Below, in pieces: positions 12,436 through 25,181 of a DNA stretch of 64,000 nucleotides. The DNA comes from Callorhinchus milii (Eukaryota). Both the position numbers and the translations under genes were made by a program. The DNA is taken from the NCBI RefSeq assembly GCF_018977255.1, contig NW_024704742.1:39372001-39436000 (forward strand), read 5' to 3'. Position 1 is the first letter of the stretch. Every line of letters starts with the position of its first letter. Under the pieces are notes generated by a model, which saw only the letters and a program-made list of their open reading frames with translations, was not told where the DNA came from and ran no database searches.

Positions 12436-12754
12436 GGAGTCCTGTAGCTCAGTGGTTAGAGCACTCGCCTTGCAAGCGAGAGACCTGGGTTCAAATCCAG
12501 GCAGGTCAGGACGAAACCTTGGGCAAGTTTCCTTACTCCACACGCCTAATAATAATCCCTCCAAAACAAAACAATAATAAATTGGTCATTTTCAATCCAC
12601 GACTGTTTGTGGGACACTGCTGTGCGCAATTGGCTGCTGCGTTTCGCCCACAAATATACAGTCAATTCACTTTACAGCATATTCTGTGAAGCGCTTTGAG
12701 ATGTCGAGAAGACGTGAAAAGCGCTAAATCAAATGCAAGGATTATTATTATTAT
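12436..12754 (+). mobile_element. Full-length young tRNA-Ala-derived SINE (short form), TSD taccg
   Basis: A box tagctcagtgg, anticodon arm ctcgc-cttgcaa-gcgag (TGC), B box ggttcaaatcc, Deu-like core, L2-type tail; taccg at 12431-12435 and 12755-12759. Confidence 0.95.
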
Positions 12755-14169
12755 TACCGAGAACACCACAAAGGGTTGGCTTGATTGAACATAGGACTCT
12801 TGAAGAGACTAATGCTCTCAGACTAACACTTCCGTTTTCGGTCCGGTATGGCAAAAACTATTAAGCTAGTACATTATGTGACACTTATCCCTCGGTGAAA
12901 TATTACTTCCCCAATAAACTGACAGCAAAGCATTGAAATTTCCATTAATGCATTTTGCAACCAATATCTGTGCAGCTTTACAGTCACTCAGCCTTTAACT
13001 ACTCTTGTAATACTTAATCACTCTATCTTTGCATTCCTCTTTAAGATCATCCAATTTCATTCTCCTCCCCAGAGGGTACACAGTATGATAGACTCAGCAT
13101 TGATGTAGGAAGCAACATCCTGCCAAATTAATTTCTTCCTTAGTAAATTATTTTACCTTTGAAAAGATGGTTGCTGTTCTACAGGATTGCTTCTGCCGCC
13201 ACTGTTCAGCTACCTTCTGCATGTACATTTGAGCACGCTTCACAAACAATCGGAGCAGGACCATTACATCTGGTGCATATAACAGTCTTGTAACATCATC
13301 GAGCAACAATATTAATACATAATACTCTCTTTCAAGTCATGTCTCAAAAAGTTACCTCTCTGTCTACACTTTCAGTTATCTTTCCCCTCCGAAAACCCTA
13401 GGCTCTCCATTTGAGATGTCCTCCTCACGTGAAAGATACTATATAAATGTAAATTGCATTGTAGTTGTATTGTAATACTTTTGGGATATATGCAACTGTG
13501 AAAGCTGACAAAGGAATAACTCCCCTACAGGCTCACCCCACCAAGGTCGATACATTTACTGACAAGTGGAGAATGATAGAGATTCATTTTTGTAATCTTC
13601 AACACTATAATTTGGGGGTTTACCTTTTGACCTTTACCTTTTTGGTGAATTCATTATTTCTTCCATGGCTGACAATATCTCTGACACAATATTTCAACAT
13701 TATTAAAGTGGCAGATTACAATATTCGGGAGCACTTTAAATGTAAAGTATGTTCCTCCTTTTAAGTTCCCACCATGTAGTTTCAAAGATATCCCACATGA
13801 GAAAAAATCATCAATTCCACATCTGAGACATTGCTTCTCTGTCTGGTTCAAAGTCCAGGACGTCTTTCACAAACTTCAGTCAATGGGTTCTAGCAATACA
13901 AAACAATACATATAACAATTTTAAAGTCTTTCATATCGGTAGGATGTACCAAAGCATTTAAAAGAACTGTCTGGGCACCTGAACTGAACTGGGGGTGGAG
14001 TGAGGAAAAATGACCAAATGATGGTCAAAGAGGTAAATCTTAAGATAGAGCTTGAAATACGTGAGAGAGGGAGCGGTGGAGTGATAGAATGGGAAACAGC
14101 ATCCACTTCATTGTCCCATTCCTAAATAAAACAGCTCTGACTTAATATACAGGAATTAAAAGGTTGCCA

Positions 14170-15045
14170 GATCCTGTTAAATGAATGAATAAATTTTTGG
14201 CAGGGAATTGTTGGCTAGGACACCGGGAGAAAAACTCTTTCTTTTTGAATAATGCCATGGGATCTTTAAAGTCTACCTGAATAGGAAGATGAGACCTCTG
14301 TTTAATGACCCATCTGAAGGACAACATCTCTGATGATATAGCGCTACCTCAGAACTGCACTGAAGAGTCAGCTCAAGGCTCGATTATGGAAACTCCCTCC
14401 TCATCAGCCTTCCCAACTCTTCCCTTCACAAGCTGCAGATCATCCAAAATTCTGCAGCTTGTGTACTCTCACACACCAGGCTCTGTGACCCCATCACTCC
14501 CACCCTCGCCTGACTCCACTGGCTCCCCATCCCTCAGAGGATCGAATTCAAGATCCTCGTCCTCATTTTCAAGGCCATCCTTGGCCTTGTCCCCTCCTAC
14601 CTCTCTGAACTGCTGACTCCCTACCAACCTCCCTGCTCCCTCCGTTCATCAGGCCTGCTCCATGTCTCCCGCCCGACTTGCCTTACCATCGGTAGCCGAG
14701 CTTTCAGCCACTCTGCCCCCACACTCTGGAACTCCATCCCACGGTCCCTTCGCCTCGCTTCCTCCCTCGCCTCCTTCAAGGCCGGTCTCAAGACCCTAAT
14801 CTTCGATTGTGCCTTTGGTCGCCCTCCCACCTCTCTGCCTTCCCACACCCCTACACCACCCCTCCCCCATGCTCAGGTCCCGACCCCTGACTGTTCAGCG
14901 CTTTGGGACGTCCTCCCGATGTGAAAGACGCTCTATAAATGTAACTTTGTTGTTGTTGTTGTGAGTTCCAATTCCTGACGTTTGGCTTGAACCCATAATC
15001 TTCTGACTCAGAAGGTGAAACTGTACCAACTGAGCCAGGCTGACT
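14170..15045 (-). mobile_element. Old SacSINE1-like SINE split by an L2 insertion
   Basis: Body at 14170-14375; head cttctgactcagaagg..ccaactgagccaggctgac at ~14965-15045. Confidence 0.7.
14375..14962 (+). mobile_element. L2 LINE 3' fragment
   Basis: Degenerate ORF2 C-terminus ([22 protein letters not shown]), stem-loop and (TTG)n tail. Confidence 0.9.
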
Positions 15046-16100
15046 CCTCAAATCTAGTGAAATCTAAATGAAGGGTTAAGGCCATGTGCAAGCCACCATC
15101 TCTCAGATCTTGATTAATTTCAAAATATTGATTTTTCTTGGGATCTACATCCTTTTACCTAGAATAACATGCATTAACCCAAATCACTTAGAATTAATAT
15201 AAATGAGGTAAAAAATGTAGCATTTGCAAACTGAAAATTACTGAACTAATTGCAATCATTGACATGTTTTACTCTCGGGCCGTTTTATCTTCATCACAAA
15301 GAAAGGCCTGCAAGGTTTGACATAGGGTTGCGAAGTGCTGGCCGCAAAAAGCCTTTGAAAACCTTAGAAATAATTTCCTTTTGGCAAGGATCCATGGCAC
15401 AAATTTGATAGCAAATCCCACAAAGTTTAGGCACAAACCAGAAGACACGATTAGCGCAGAAATTTTAGTTTGTGAATACTGCATTTTCAACTCTATTGTC
15501 AGATTGTAGGACGTTCCATTACTAGCTTTCTTTCAGAGATGAGAAGACTCGTGCAAATCAGTTGTCTTGTGAGCCTTGTGCATTTAGCATTTTTTTAAAT
15601 CGAGAACCTAGCAAAAGGTTAAAGGCCATGGTGCAAGACCCCAGCAAGGTGGAAAAGAGCAGAATAATTATAACATACTCACCTCCCATCAAATAAGGGA
15701 TGAGAACTGATCAGCATGCAAGACATTAATACTGTTGGTGGATGTTTTATTTCAACTAGCAGTGCTGGTTTGAATTTTAAATAGGCTTTTACAATATGCC
15801 AGATGTCACCTTTACAATATGATAAAGGACCACCCGAAAAAAGAGCTTACTTGGCAGCAAACCAACCTCCAAAGAACCATTCATTCCATTTTACTCTGAA
15901 CAGACAATGACTTGATTTCTTCTTAAAATGTCACAATGCAAAGTTGGTGTAAAATTAATGTTTATTGTCAATGACTTATTATTTTATTCATACATATCAG
16001 ATGGCACAATAGAATGGGAATTTTTCATTCTTATGTATTATATACCAAAATAGAATGGAAATTTTTCATGCACATTTGAAATGTAGAGTGATGATTTTTT

Positions 16101-16725
16101 TGGGGGTCAGCCGTGTGTCTGACACATGCAGAAACCTATGACCATGCTTAAGAGTATCCAAATCAAACTGGGAATTCAATAAATCCCATCTATACATGCA
16201 AATTCCATAGATATTTGTTGAAATAGAATGCACACTCTCTCTCCCTGGAAGCACACATCTGGTTTATTTAATTCAGGAAAAAATTAGGCACAGGTTGGCA
16301 AGAGCCAAGGCTTAGAGACCCCAGAGTGTGCATTGGGTACTGCTAGAGTCTAACCAGCTAAACCCGCATTGCTTGCCATTGATATTGCTGACCGGCAAGC
16401 TTTCCCACCGCTTTTTCAGCTTGGACCACCCTACCCATTAGGGCTTTGGCTTGCAGGGTTAACAGGAGCTGAGCAGAATAACTCCCAGGCCCCAGTGATT
16501 GGTCTGCCCTTCTAAGTCAATGAGCCAGGCTGGGTGTGCTGTTATCAATACTACCCTGGAATACTGCGGACCCGCCTGGCTCAGGAACTGGACTATCAAG
16601 ACCTCCACAAGGGCTGGCTCAATTCTGACAATCCATTGCCAAACATGTCATCTTGGAGCAAATTCATCTTCAAGGAGATCCCGTGTACTGCCCCCACCCA
16701 TCCCTCACCCCCAAGGAGGATAGTC
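16101..16725 (+). repeat. Family X fragment 4 (longest copy)
   Basis: Overlaps all the other fragments; starts ggggtcagccgtgtgtctgacacatgcagaaacc. Confidence 0.85.
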
Positions 16726-17489
16726 TATAGTCATGATGAACAACCACAGCTAACAACTACTTTAATAATAATAATAATTATTGCATTTGATATAGCGCCT
16801 TGTCATATCTTTGAGACATCTCAAAGCGCTTCACAGAATACACTGCAAAGGGTAGTGACTGTGTGTTTTGTCGGCAAAATTACGTGGAATAAACACTCAA
16901 ATGCAGTGCTAAGGAAGTGCTGCATTGTCGGAAGTGCCGTCCTTCAGATGAGACATTTAAACCAAGATCTCGTCTGCCGATTCAGGTGGAGATTAAAGAT
17001 CCCATGCACACAACTCAAAAAGAGAAGAGTGTCTACAAAGATTATAATGATGTCAGAAAGAAATATGCGAATAATACATGGTTAACTCAACCTAAAAATT
17101 TTACACATGGTTTGTTAACCAACGAGTTATTCAATACCACCGTGTAGGTGAGACCAAACATAAAAAGTGAAGCTTTGCCAGGAATATTCCATGCAGATTT
17201 GTATACTTCATTTATACTTCAGAATTAGCATACATTAAATGCTGTTCTCATAATGAATCAATGTTAAAAGTGCAGTATAAATCAGGTTTAAAATACACTG
17301 AATCAATTCTGAGCTCCAATCCCAAAACAACTTCCAGGACGTTGCTTACGAATAGATTCAATAGAGTTTGCTATAGCATAACTCGGGACTATACATCAGC
17401 CAATTTAAAAGCTCTCGGCGTGGACTGTCCAACATTATAGTATATTAAAGAACTGGTCACATGCTCAATATTTTAATAATATCATAATC

Positions 17490-17837
17490 CGTCGTTTGGA
17501 TGAGACGGTAAACCAAGGTCTCGTCTACCTATTCAGGTGATGTTAAACATCCCATGGCACTATTCATAAAGAGAAGGGAGTTTCTCCCGGTGTCCTGGCC
17601 AACCGTCCTCTAAATAAAACTGGTTCCTCAATTCACAGCTGTTTGTGGGACATTGCTGTCTGTGCGTGATTGTGCTGCTGTGTTTGCCGACATGGACACT
17701 CCACCAGAGTCAAAAGCTATCCTCGAAATGCACTTTCACATGACAGTCTTTTCATTTCACAGTAAATCCTGTGAAGCACTTTGAGACATCCTTCTGATGT
17801 GATAAGGTGCTACACCAAATGCAAGGATTATTATTAA
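17490..17837 (+). mobile_element. Old SacSINE1-like SINE (5'-truncated)
   Basis: ggatgagacggtaaaccaaggtc..cccatggcactattc..ggtgtcctggcc, Deu-like core and tail. Confidence 0.75.
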
Positions 17838-18449
17838 TAAAGTGACTAGTATTCGGTGAACAATTTGTTGCATTCTTCTCAGCCCCATTTTGGGAGTATC
17901 AAGATATAAATTCTGTTTTTACTTTGAATCGGTGTACTGCTGGAAGTGATGAACTGCTCCAGCAATTTAGAAGATGATTTGATGAACATGTCATCTGAAA
18001 GTGCATTTGGAAGATCGCTTTTGCCTCTGGTGTAAGTGTCCATAGTAATCTGGTCGAGAGACAGCAACTCTGTAGTGCTCCTCCAGGTAGGATAATTTGG
18101 AGGTCTGACAGCTCAGTCACATCTCTCCAAAGTTATAGATAATGGATTTCAATGCAGAGTAGACCATCCTCACCCATCCCGTCTGTCAGGTATGAAATTC
18201 AGAGTAAAGTAATCCGATGTGTTTTTAGCTTGCATGGATTTAGACTTTACAGAACAGTAAAGTGTTAGATGTGACACTGCTGCTGAGGATTCCCACTGAC
18301 CTCCAGCTTTTACAAGCACTCTTCCAACTTGTTTGTCCCAGTGCAGTTTTCAATATAATTTATAAATTAAAAAGTTGATATCTTTCTAGCACTTGCTATG
18401 TCTTGTCTTATACTGTATTGTTGGTGAGCCAACATAAGTCGTACTGAAG

Positions 18450-18985
18450 CCGTATTATGTCATACTCAACCTGTACAGAGTTCTGCATAGGCTGTATCTA
18501 GAGAACTGCATACAGTTCTGGTCACTGTGACATAAGAGAGTTATTCAGGACCTCGAGACAGTGAAGAAGAGAGCTACATGGATGATCCCCAGTGTTAGAG
18601 AAATGCGCTATGAGCAACAATTAGACATGTTAGAGCTCATCAGTTTTGAAAAGAGATATCTCATAGGGGACCTTAGCGAAATGTATAGCATGGGAATGAG
18701 CACATAATCTCAGAACAATACTTTTGGATGTACCAAGACAGTAGAGCAAATGGGACACAGAATTAGGGTTGCAAAGCACAATTTCAAGGCAGACACCAGG
18801 AAGTGTTTCTTTACTCAGAGGTTGATTAACCACTGAAACAAATTACTTGGAAGAGTGTTTGAGGCCAGGAAGTTGACTTGTTTAAAAAAAACATCTTGTT
18901 GTGATGGGAGGATGTTAGGCTGGATATGTAGGAAACGTAAAATCAAATGGGCCAAAGGGCCTTCTTTGGCCCAAACTTATGTTGA
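18450..18985 (+). mobile_element. Very old CR1 3' fragment
   Basis: tagagaactgcatacagttctggtcac..gatcccc..ttctttactcagaggttgattaac, degenerate CR1 C-terminal motifs. Confidence 0.7.
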
Positions 18986-19608
18986 TGTCTTGAACATCAT
19001 GGCTGATCTTTTCCAGTAATTAGCTTGCTCTTTTGAGCTCTGTCTAAAGCATATTAGTTGTCAACTCAACATCTAATTCTGCCAGTGTCCAATTGCCATG
19101 ATTCAGTCCTGAGGGCAATTATAGGCCCAGTACTGGTTTGACTTAATTACAATTAGCTCAGAATGATGATCAGAACCCAAATCAGACATGAGAACAGCGG
19201 ATTCTGTTTAGTTAGAACTCAGATAGTCCAGATTGACATGCCAGTGCATTGCTGGTGGAGCGGTGCATTGTCAGAGACACTGTCCTTTGAATAAGATGGA
19301 CATGTTCAGGTGGACGTTAAAGATCCAATGGCTCTATTCAAATAAGGAGTAATATTGCCATAAAACTTTTGCAACTCACGCAAACATCTCTGTGAGCTTG
19401 GTTATCATGGTGTCCAAATTAATTGACAACTCAGGTCAACACTATATGTAGGTTGACTGCTGGTCAGCGCCTAGGCACATCCTCCCAATGTGAAGGGAGC
19501 TATACAAGTGTAATTCGTTGTTGTTGTTAGTTTAACCAGAAGCTACAAAGTCATTATATTTTACAGTAAATCCTATGAAGTTATTTGAGACATTCTCCTG
19601 ACATCATC

Positions 19609-19680
19609 AACAACAACAACAACAACAAGATTGCATTTATAGAGCGCCTTTCACGTCGGGAGGACGTCCCAAGGCGCTGG
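19609..19680 (-). mobile_element. Young L2 tail-only insertion inside a + strand SINE tail
   Basis: (CAA)n..gagcgcctttcacgtcgggaggacgtcccaaggcgctg flanked by two halves of a SINE 3' end. Confidence 0.8.
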
Positions 19681-19759
19681 AAGGTGCTATATCACATGTA
19701 AAGATTATTACAATGTTTATTATTATGTTTATGTTGGAAAGTGAGGAATCCATTACAAT

Positions 19760-20370
19760 ACAAATTTATGTTTAACAGTGCTTTCACATCTGGAGGACAT
19801 CGCAAGGCACTGGAAAGTCCAGGGCTTGCAACTGAGCTGGGGTTGGGGGTAGAGTGAGTTGAGGGGGGAAGATAGTCAAAAGTGGGCCAAATGGAACATC
19901 TTGAAGGGAAGGAGTAAGTTGAAGGGACCTCTAGAGAGTAGGGGCAGAAATGGTGAAGGCCTGACTGCCAATGGTGGTGGGGCAGGAGACTTGAAGCAGA
20001 ATAATGCTAACTGAGAGGACGGAATGGCTAAGTTTGTAAGGTTTGGGGAGGCCACAGAGGGGACAAGACCATGGAGGGATTTAAAGGTAAGAATGTGGTT
20101 CTTCAACTCGTTCATTGGGAAATGGGGAGCCAGTGGAGTCAGGCAAGGATAGGGGTAATAGGCTGGTGGAGTCTTGTGCAGGAATGGACAGGAGTTGAAA
20201 CGTTCTGGATAGTCTGCAGCTTATGGGTAGGCTGGCGAGCAGATAGTTGGTGTAATCTAGACTTGACATGATAAATTGGTGGATTAGTGCCCGAGGGTAG
20301 AGATAGTGGCGGAAGAAGCAAGTAATACTGCAGAGATGGTGGAAAGCTGAGAAGGTCAGAGCAAAGCATA
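19760..20370 (-). mobile_element. Old L2 3' fragment
   Basis: Peptides LDYTNYLLASLP, HKLQTIQN and ILTFKSLHGLVPS on the minus strand. Confidence 0.85.
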
Positions 20371-22227
20371 ATTTCAGTGCCCAGCAAATTCAGTTGCCAT
20401 TTATCAAAGCTGCCACACTTATCCACAACCAATCAAAAAGGTCCATTGCCAATCATATAATGAGCTCTAATTTGCAGTGTTTCTTAACTGATTTCTTAAA
20501 ATGAAATGTGTAATTGTCCTGTAATTGTGTGCTGCAGAATGCATTTTCAATTTTCAAGATATTTTAGGACTGCAATTTCACTCGCTCTTAGCCTATAAGA
20601 CAATTCTATTTTAGTATTTGACATTATGTTAAATTGTGGAAAGTTCTTACAGTCAGTCTTAATTTTCTGAAAGTGTGATGTACATGGGGTTCCCTGTAAG
20701 AGAAGTATTTTACTCCCCAAGGCACTTTTGGATCATTGAGGCTGCATTTTTTTCCATTCAAGCACCTTACTAATTCCATTAAGAGACAGTTTCATGACCA
20801 GTTCTTTAATAACATTAATAACACCAGGTTTCAGAATAGAATTCAATATCTAGCAATTGGTTTTCAACAGCCTCCAGTGCAAGAGAATGAGGAACAACAC
20901 GTATAAATGAGACTTTCTGCATCATTGACTTGTTGGAAGCAAACTTCCCTTCCATGTGTAGAAACAGGACATGATAAAGCTAACCGAATGAATGGGAATT
21001 TTAAAAAATGTATTAAATCTTCCTGTCAAAAAATGTCCTGAGAAACTCAAGAACACTTTGGTCTGGAACGCTGGAGGAATGTTTGTCACCAACTTTACAG
21101 AGTTATTTTAATGTGATATGTATCAAATACAACTATTATTATTATAAGGATTATTAAGTGTCCTCTGTGTGTACTGCTGTAATAGATGACTGCTGTCAGC
21201 CATTAAGCCCAAGACCTCTTCCCCAAAGTGACTCAATCTTACTTTTTCTGTCTCTCTCTCTCTGCCTTCAAAATCCTTTTAAACACCTAACTTTATGACC
21301 AAACCTTCAGTTAACATTCCATCCCCACCCCCCACGCCTCAGCCCCCATTTTGCACATTGCTTGAGTTTCTACTATATCTCTGCAAAGTTCTTTGGACAT
21401 TATTTAAGGACACTACAGATTGATGCAACTTGCTGTATCCATTGTGCTACAGAGTACGTTCCCCTCTATCATTCCAATCATTGTGTTTTCCTACTCTTAT
21501 CTGTGCCATCAGGGAAAAACTCATAGCCAATTTCTATAGGAAGGGCAGTAATTGGAGCCCCTTCAGGCTGCTCTTAAACATGTTCTGTGAATTAAATCAA
21601 AAATGCCATTGCCAAAGGCTTTGGAGTAGGACATATGCTTGCTCTTCTTTCCAAGAAATGGTGAGTGGTGCAGAAAGATAGAGCTAAAATGACGGCACTA
21701 GAAATAATTACTTTAGGGATTCACTATGTGGATTCTGGCACAGTAAATGTTTCAGTTATTAGCTTACTCTTTCATCTGTGTCATATCAAGTCTTTGTGAA
21801 CAAACAAAGCAAATCCATTAGCAAACGGTAACCTAAAAAAGCTTTTTGAAAGACTGAATGCACATGTGATTTGTGAAATAAGCATTAAGAGTTGTAATAT
21901 CTGCTATGTTTCCACTGCATCTAACCATGAAAGTTGTTGAAAAGGTCAAATCGAATTTAATATTATTTCAAACTCAATATACACTTAAAGTGATTGTTTC
22001 ATTAATTCTACAATGATTTGTGCGGGATCCTTTGTATTATATTATGAAAAAATATGCCTGTCCTTTACCTGTCTAGTCATGCAGTGATGTATCTGATGGT
22101 CCATTAGGGAATTCTAAGTTTGAATCTGGGTTCTTACCTTCTGAATCATTTCTGTAGGTCTGTAATAAATTACAAATATATACTGCTTTTGATATTGTTA
22201 CCTAGGACTACATCTTGTAGCTTCACA

Positions 22228-22359
22228 TTGGCTGCCGCGTTTCGCCCACAAATATACGGTCAATTCACTTTACAGTCTATTCTGTGAAGCGCTTTGAGAT
22301 GTCGAGAAGACGTGAAAAGCACGATATCAAATGCAAGGATTATTATTATTATTATTATT
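22228..22359 (+). mobile_element. 5'-truncated young SINE
   Basis: ttggctgccgcgtttcgccc..gaagcgctttgagatgtcgagaagacgtgaaaagc followed by (TTA)n. Confidence 0.9.
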
Positions 22360-22779
22360 GCCAATGGATGAGCATATTCTATCAGTAAAGTAATGGGAAA
22401 GCATTTAAAAGTCATTAGAAATGAAACCTTGCTCTCTATTCCAAGCACCAGTTCAGAATATATCCCAAGCAATTTCATTTGCATCACATTGGTGTTAAAA
22501 GATAAATTTATACTGACACACTTTGCAAGGTTTCCCTTAGGGAAAACTTTACAAAAAAAAAGAATCACTGCTCACTGCATTATTTAGTGGGCGTTCTTAA
22601 TTGTAAAGCAATTGAGCTAACCTAATGAAAAATGTCAAGAAAGATGTGTATTAACAATACAATGTATGCAAAGTTGGTGGCATTACTGGTAGTGCACCTA
22701 AAGGGTCTCATCTTATGTACGTATCATGTCATACTGTCCATTTGTACCCGAAAGACAACAATGGTAGGAATAGAAGATC

Positions 22780-23162
22780 TACCTGGCTCAGATGGTAGCA
22801 CTCTTGCCTCTGGGTCAGAAGGTTGTGGGTTCAAGCCCAGTATGAGCTTGCAGTTAGTCTCATTGTCATGGTGCTTTATTTCAGATAGCATATTAAACCA
22901 AGATCCCATCTTCCTGTTCAGTTGAACATTAAATATGCCTTAATGCTATTTAAAGATAGAAGGAAATTTTTCCTGGTGTCCTGGACAGATAAAATTGATT
23001 ATTCACTTCATAGTTGTTTATGGGATGCTGCTGTGTGCAAATTGACTGTCACATTAGCCTACAAAATAAACAGTCACTACACTTTACTGGAATTAACCTT
23101 GAAGTGCTTTCAGATATTAACATTATCAACATTGAATCAAATGCAAAAAATATTATTATCTT
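22780..23162 (+). mobile_element. Old SacSINE1-like SINE
   Basis: Head cctggctcagatggtagcactcttgcctctgggtcagaaggttgtgggttcaagccc, then Deu-like core. Confidence 0.8.
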
Positions 23163-23719
23163 GATTGTGGTAAACAAGACCATGGCTTGTGTTGCAATGA
23201 AGCTAAAGAAGCTGAACAGGGAGAGAATACACATATTATTCTTGATACCATTCTCTGGCGCGTGTTTTCAGCTGATGAAAGATAGCCAATTTGTTTAAAG
23301 TTGGTCTCACTTTCCAAATGGATGTTGAGAGCTGTGAGGAATAAAAATAAAGTTAAGTCAATAATTTTAAACTTGTAGAGTTGAAAATGATCCCAACAGT
23401 TATGTTGGCCATGCAGTTGCTACAGCAGGCTGGTCAGACCTCATTTGGAGGATTGTCATTTAAAACAAACTCACAGAGGAAAAGCTACCGTGCTAATTGT
23501 CATATTCAGTTTGTTACTGAAATGATGGCATTTGCTAAAAGCAATGTGGCTGTTTATGATTGTGACTGACCGTTTGCTTTCTCAGCCATGAAAAGACCTG
23601 AAATGGTTGATAAAAAGTTTGGAAAACAAGACAGATTTTACCACTGTTTCAAATTGTAATTTGCTTTGCAATAATGTTTTTCAAAAAAAAACATGTGCCA
23701 ACAATTTTTTCCCCATTCC

Positions 23720-23960
23720 CATATATCTCTGTTCCTGGCCTCCTCATGTTGAGGTCCAGTTCCAAAGATGCTGGTTGCCCCCTGGTACCTCACATAAGCG
23801 GTCATTGTTCACACATGGGAGCTGGCAATGAGAATCAGCAGACCACTTGATTGTAGAGAACATTTTAGCTAAGCCTCGTTGCCAAACATGCACTGTACCA
23901 GAAGAGGGGCCAGAAGCAGAAAATGATTTTAACCTCCCTATCCCAGGGAAAATATGGGCC
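23720..23960 (-). mobile_element. LF-SINE-like relic
   Basis: ggtacctcacataagcggtcattgttc..cagcagaccacttga..agctaagcctcg resembles the reverse of the LF-SINE body (from memory). Confidence 0.45.
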
Positions 23961-24094
23961 AATTATATACTTCACCGTGCAGTCCCAGCAAATTTAGCAC
24001 AGACTGGAATTTCAGCCAGTAAACCCAGGTCTAAGATGCTGCTCAATCCCATTAAGGCTGTTGAATCCTGTAAATTTAATCACAAACTGGATGC

Positions 24095-24437
24095 AACAAT
24101 TTGCGAGGTGACTTGCAGTAAAAGTGCAGTAACTGTGTCTTTTGTGGTCAAATGTGACAACCAGGTTGCGCACAATGATTATCACAAACAGCCATGCAAT
24201 GAGTGACCAATGTTATCAGGGGAATTGTTGGCTGGAACCTGGAAGAAATTCTCTTCTCTTTTGAATAGTGCCATGGGATCTTTAAAGTCCACCTGAACAG
24301 GCAGATGGGGCATCAGCTTAAATGTCTCATTCGAAGGATGATATAACGCACCACAGCAGTTCTAAGTTATGCAGAGGTTTGAAGCTACAACCTACTGATT
24401 CAGAGGCGAGAGTGCTACCAATTAATCCAGGCTGGTA
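24095..24437 (-). mobile_element. Old SacSINE1-like SINE, near full length
   Basis: gaatagtgccatgggatctttaaagtccacctgaacaggcagatgggg..cagaggcgagagtgctacc. Confidence 0.8.
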
Positions 24438-24594
24438 TTTAAATGGTGAAGATAGAAGTAAAGCAAGAAGACTCAGCAAGTAGAAATAAAGCTTTTTAAA
24501 AACAATGCTTTCTTAATATTGTACTTTGGTGTTAGTTGAAGGTTAATATTAGAGTAGTGGATCTATTCTGGTATTTCTCTAGTTTTCTTAGTAC

Positions 24595-24870
24595 AATAAT
24601 AATAATAATAATTCTTGCATTTGATATAGCGCCTTATCACATCTTCAAGACACCTCAAAGCGCTTCACAGAATATACTGTAAAGTATAGTAACTGTGTAT
24701 TTTGTGGGTGAAATGTTGCAGACAATTGTGCACAGCAATGCCCCACAAACAGTCGTGAAGTGAGTAACCAAATTATTATTTGTTTATGAAGGGATTATTA
24801 TCCCTCAGAAAGGGATCCGCCAATCGACTAACAAACATGTTCCTATTTACTGCTCGGTAAACAGAGGAAA
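24595..24870 (-). mobile_element. Long-form tRNA-Ala SINE, 5'-truncated
   Basis: (TAA)n, tail, Deu-like core and gatccgccaatcgactaac..tactgctcggtaaacagagg. Confidence 0.85.
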
Positions 24871-25181
24871 AATACTTGAAGCAACATGTTATTGCTAATA
24901 TGTGGCTATCAGCAATAGAGCAGGGATTTCTGTGGTCAATATATAAACTGATGCTAATGGGAATTTACAAACAAATTGTAAAGCTGCAACTTGTAATGAC
25001 AATATTACTGTTACTTTTAGAATCACAGTGCATGTCGTGAATTACATCAGTAAAATTTACATGCTAACCACTCCATTATCTTTCTCAGTCATGTGCTCCC
25101 AGCCCACACACTCTTTCTGAATTGGCCTCTCTTACCTAGCCAACTGTATCTGTCACAAAACATGAAATGGAGTGTCGAAAA

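Noticed and set aside
12436..12510. tRNA-Ala(TGC) gene
   Set aside because: No proper acceptor stem or poly-T terminator; it runs into a SINE body and occurs in several diverged copies, so it is a SINE head
16534..17085. 183-aa ORF
   Set aside because: Runs across family X, a (TAA)n tail and SINE fragments; chance read-through
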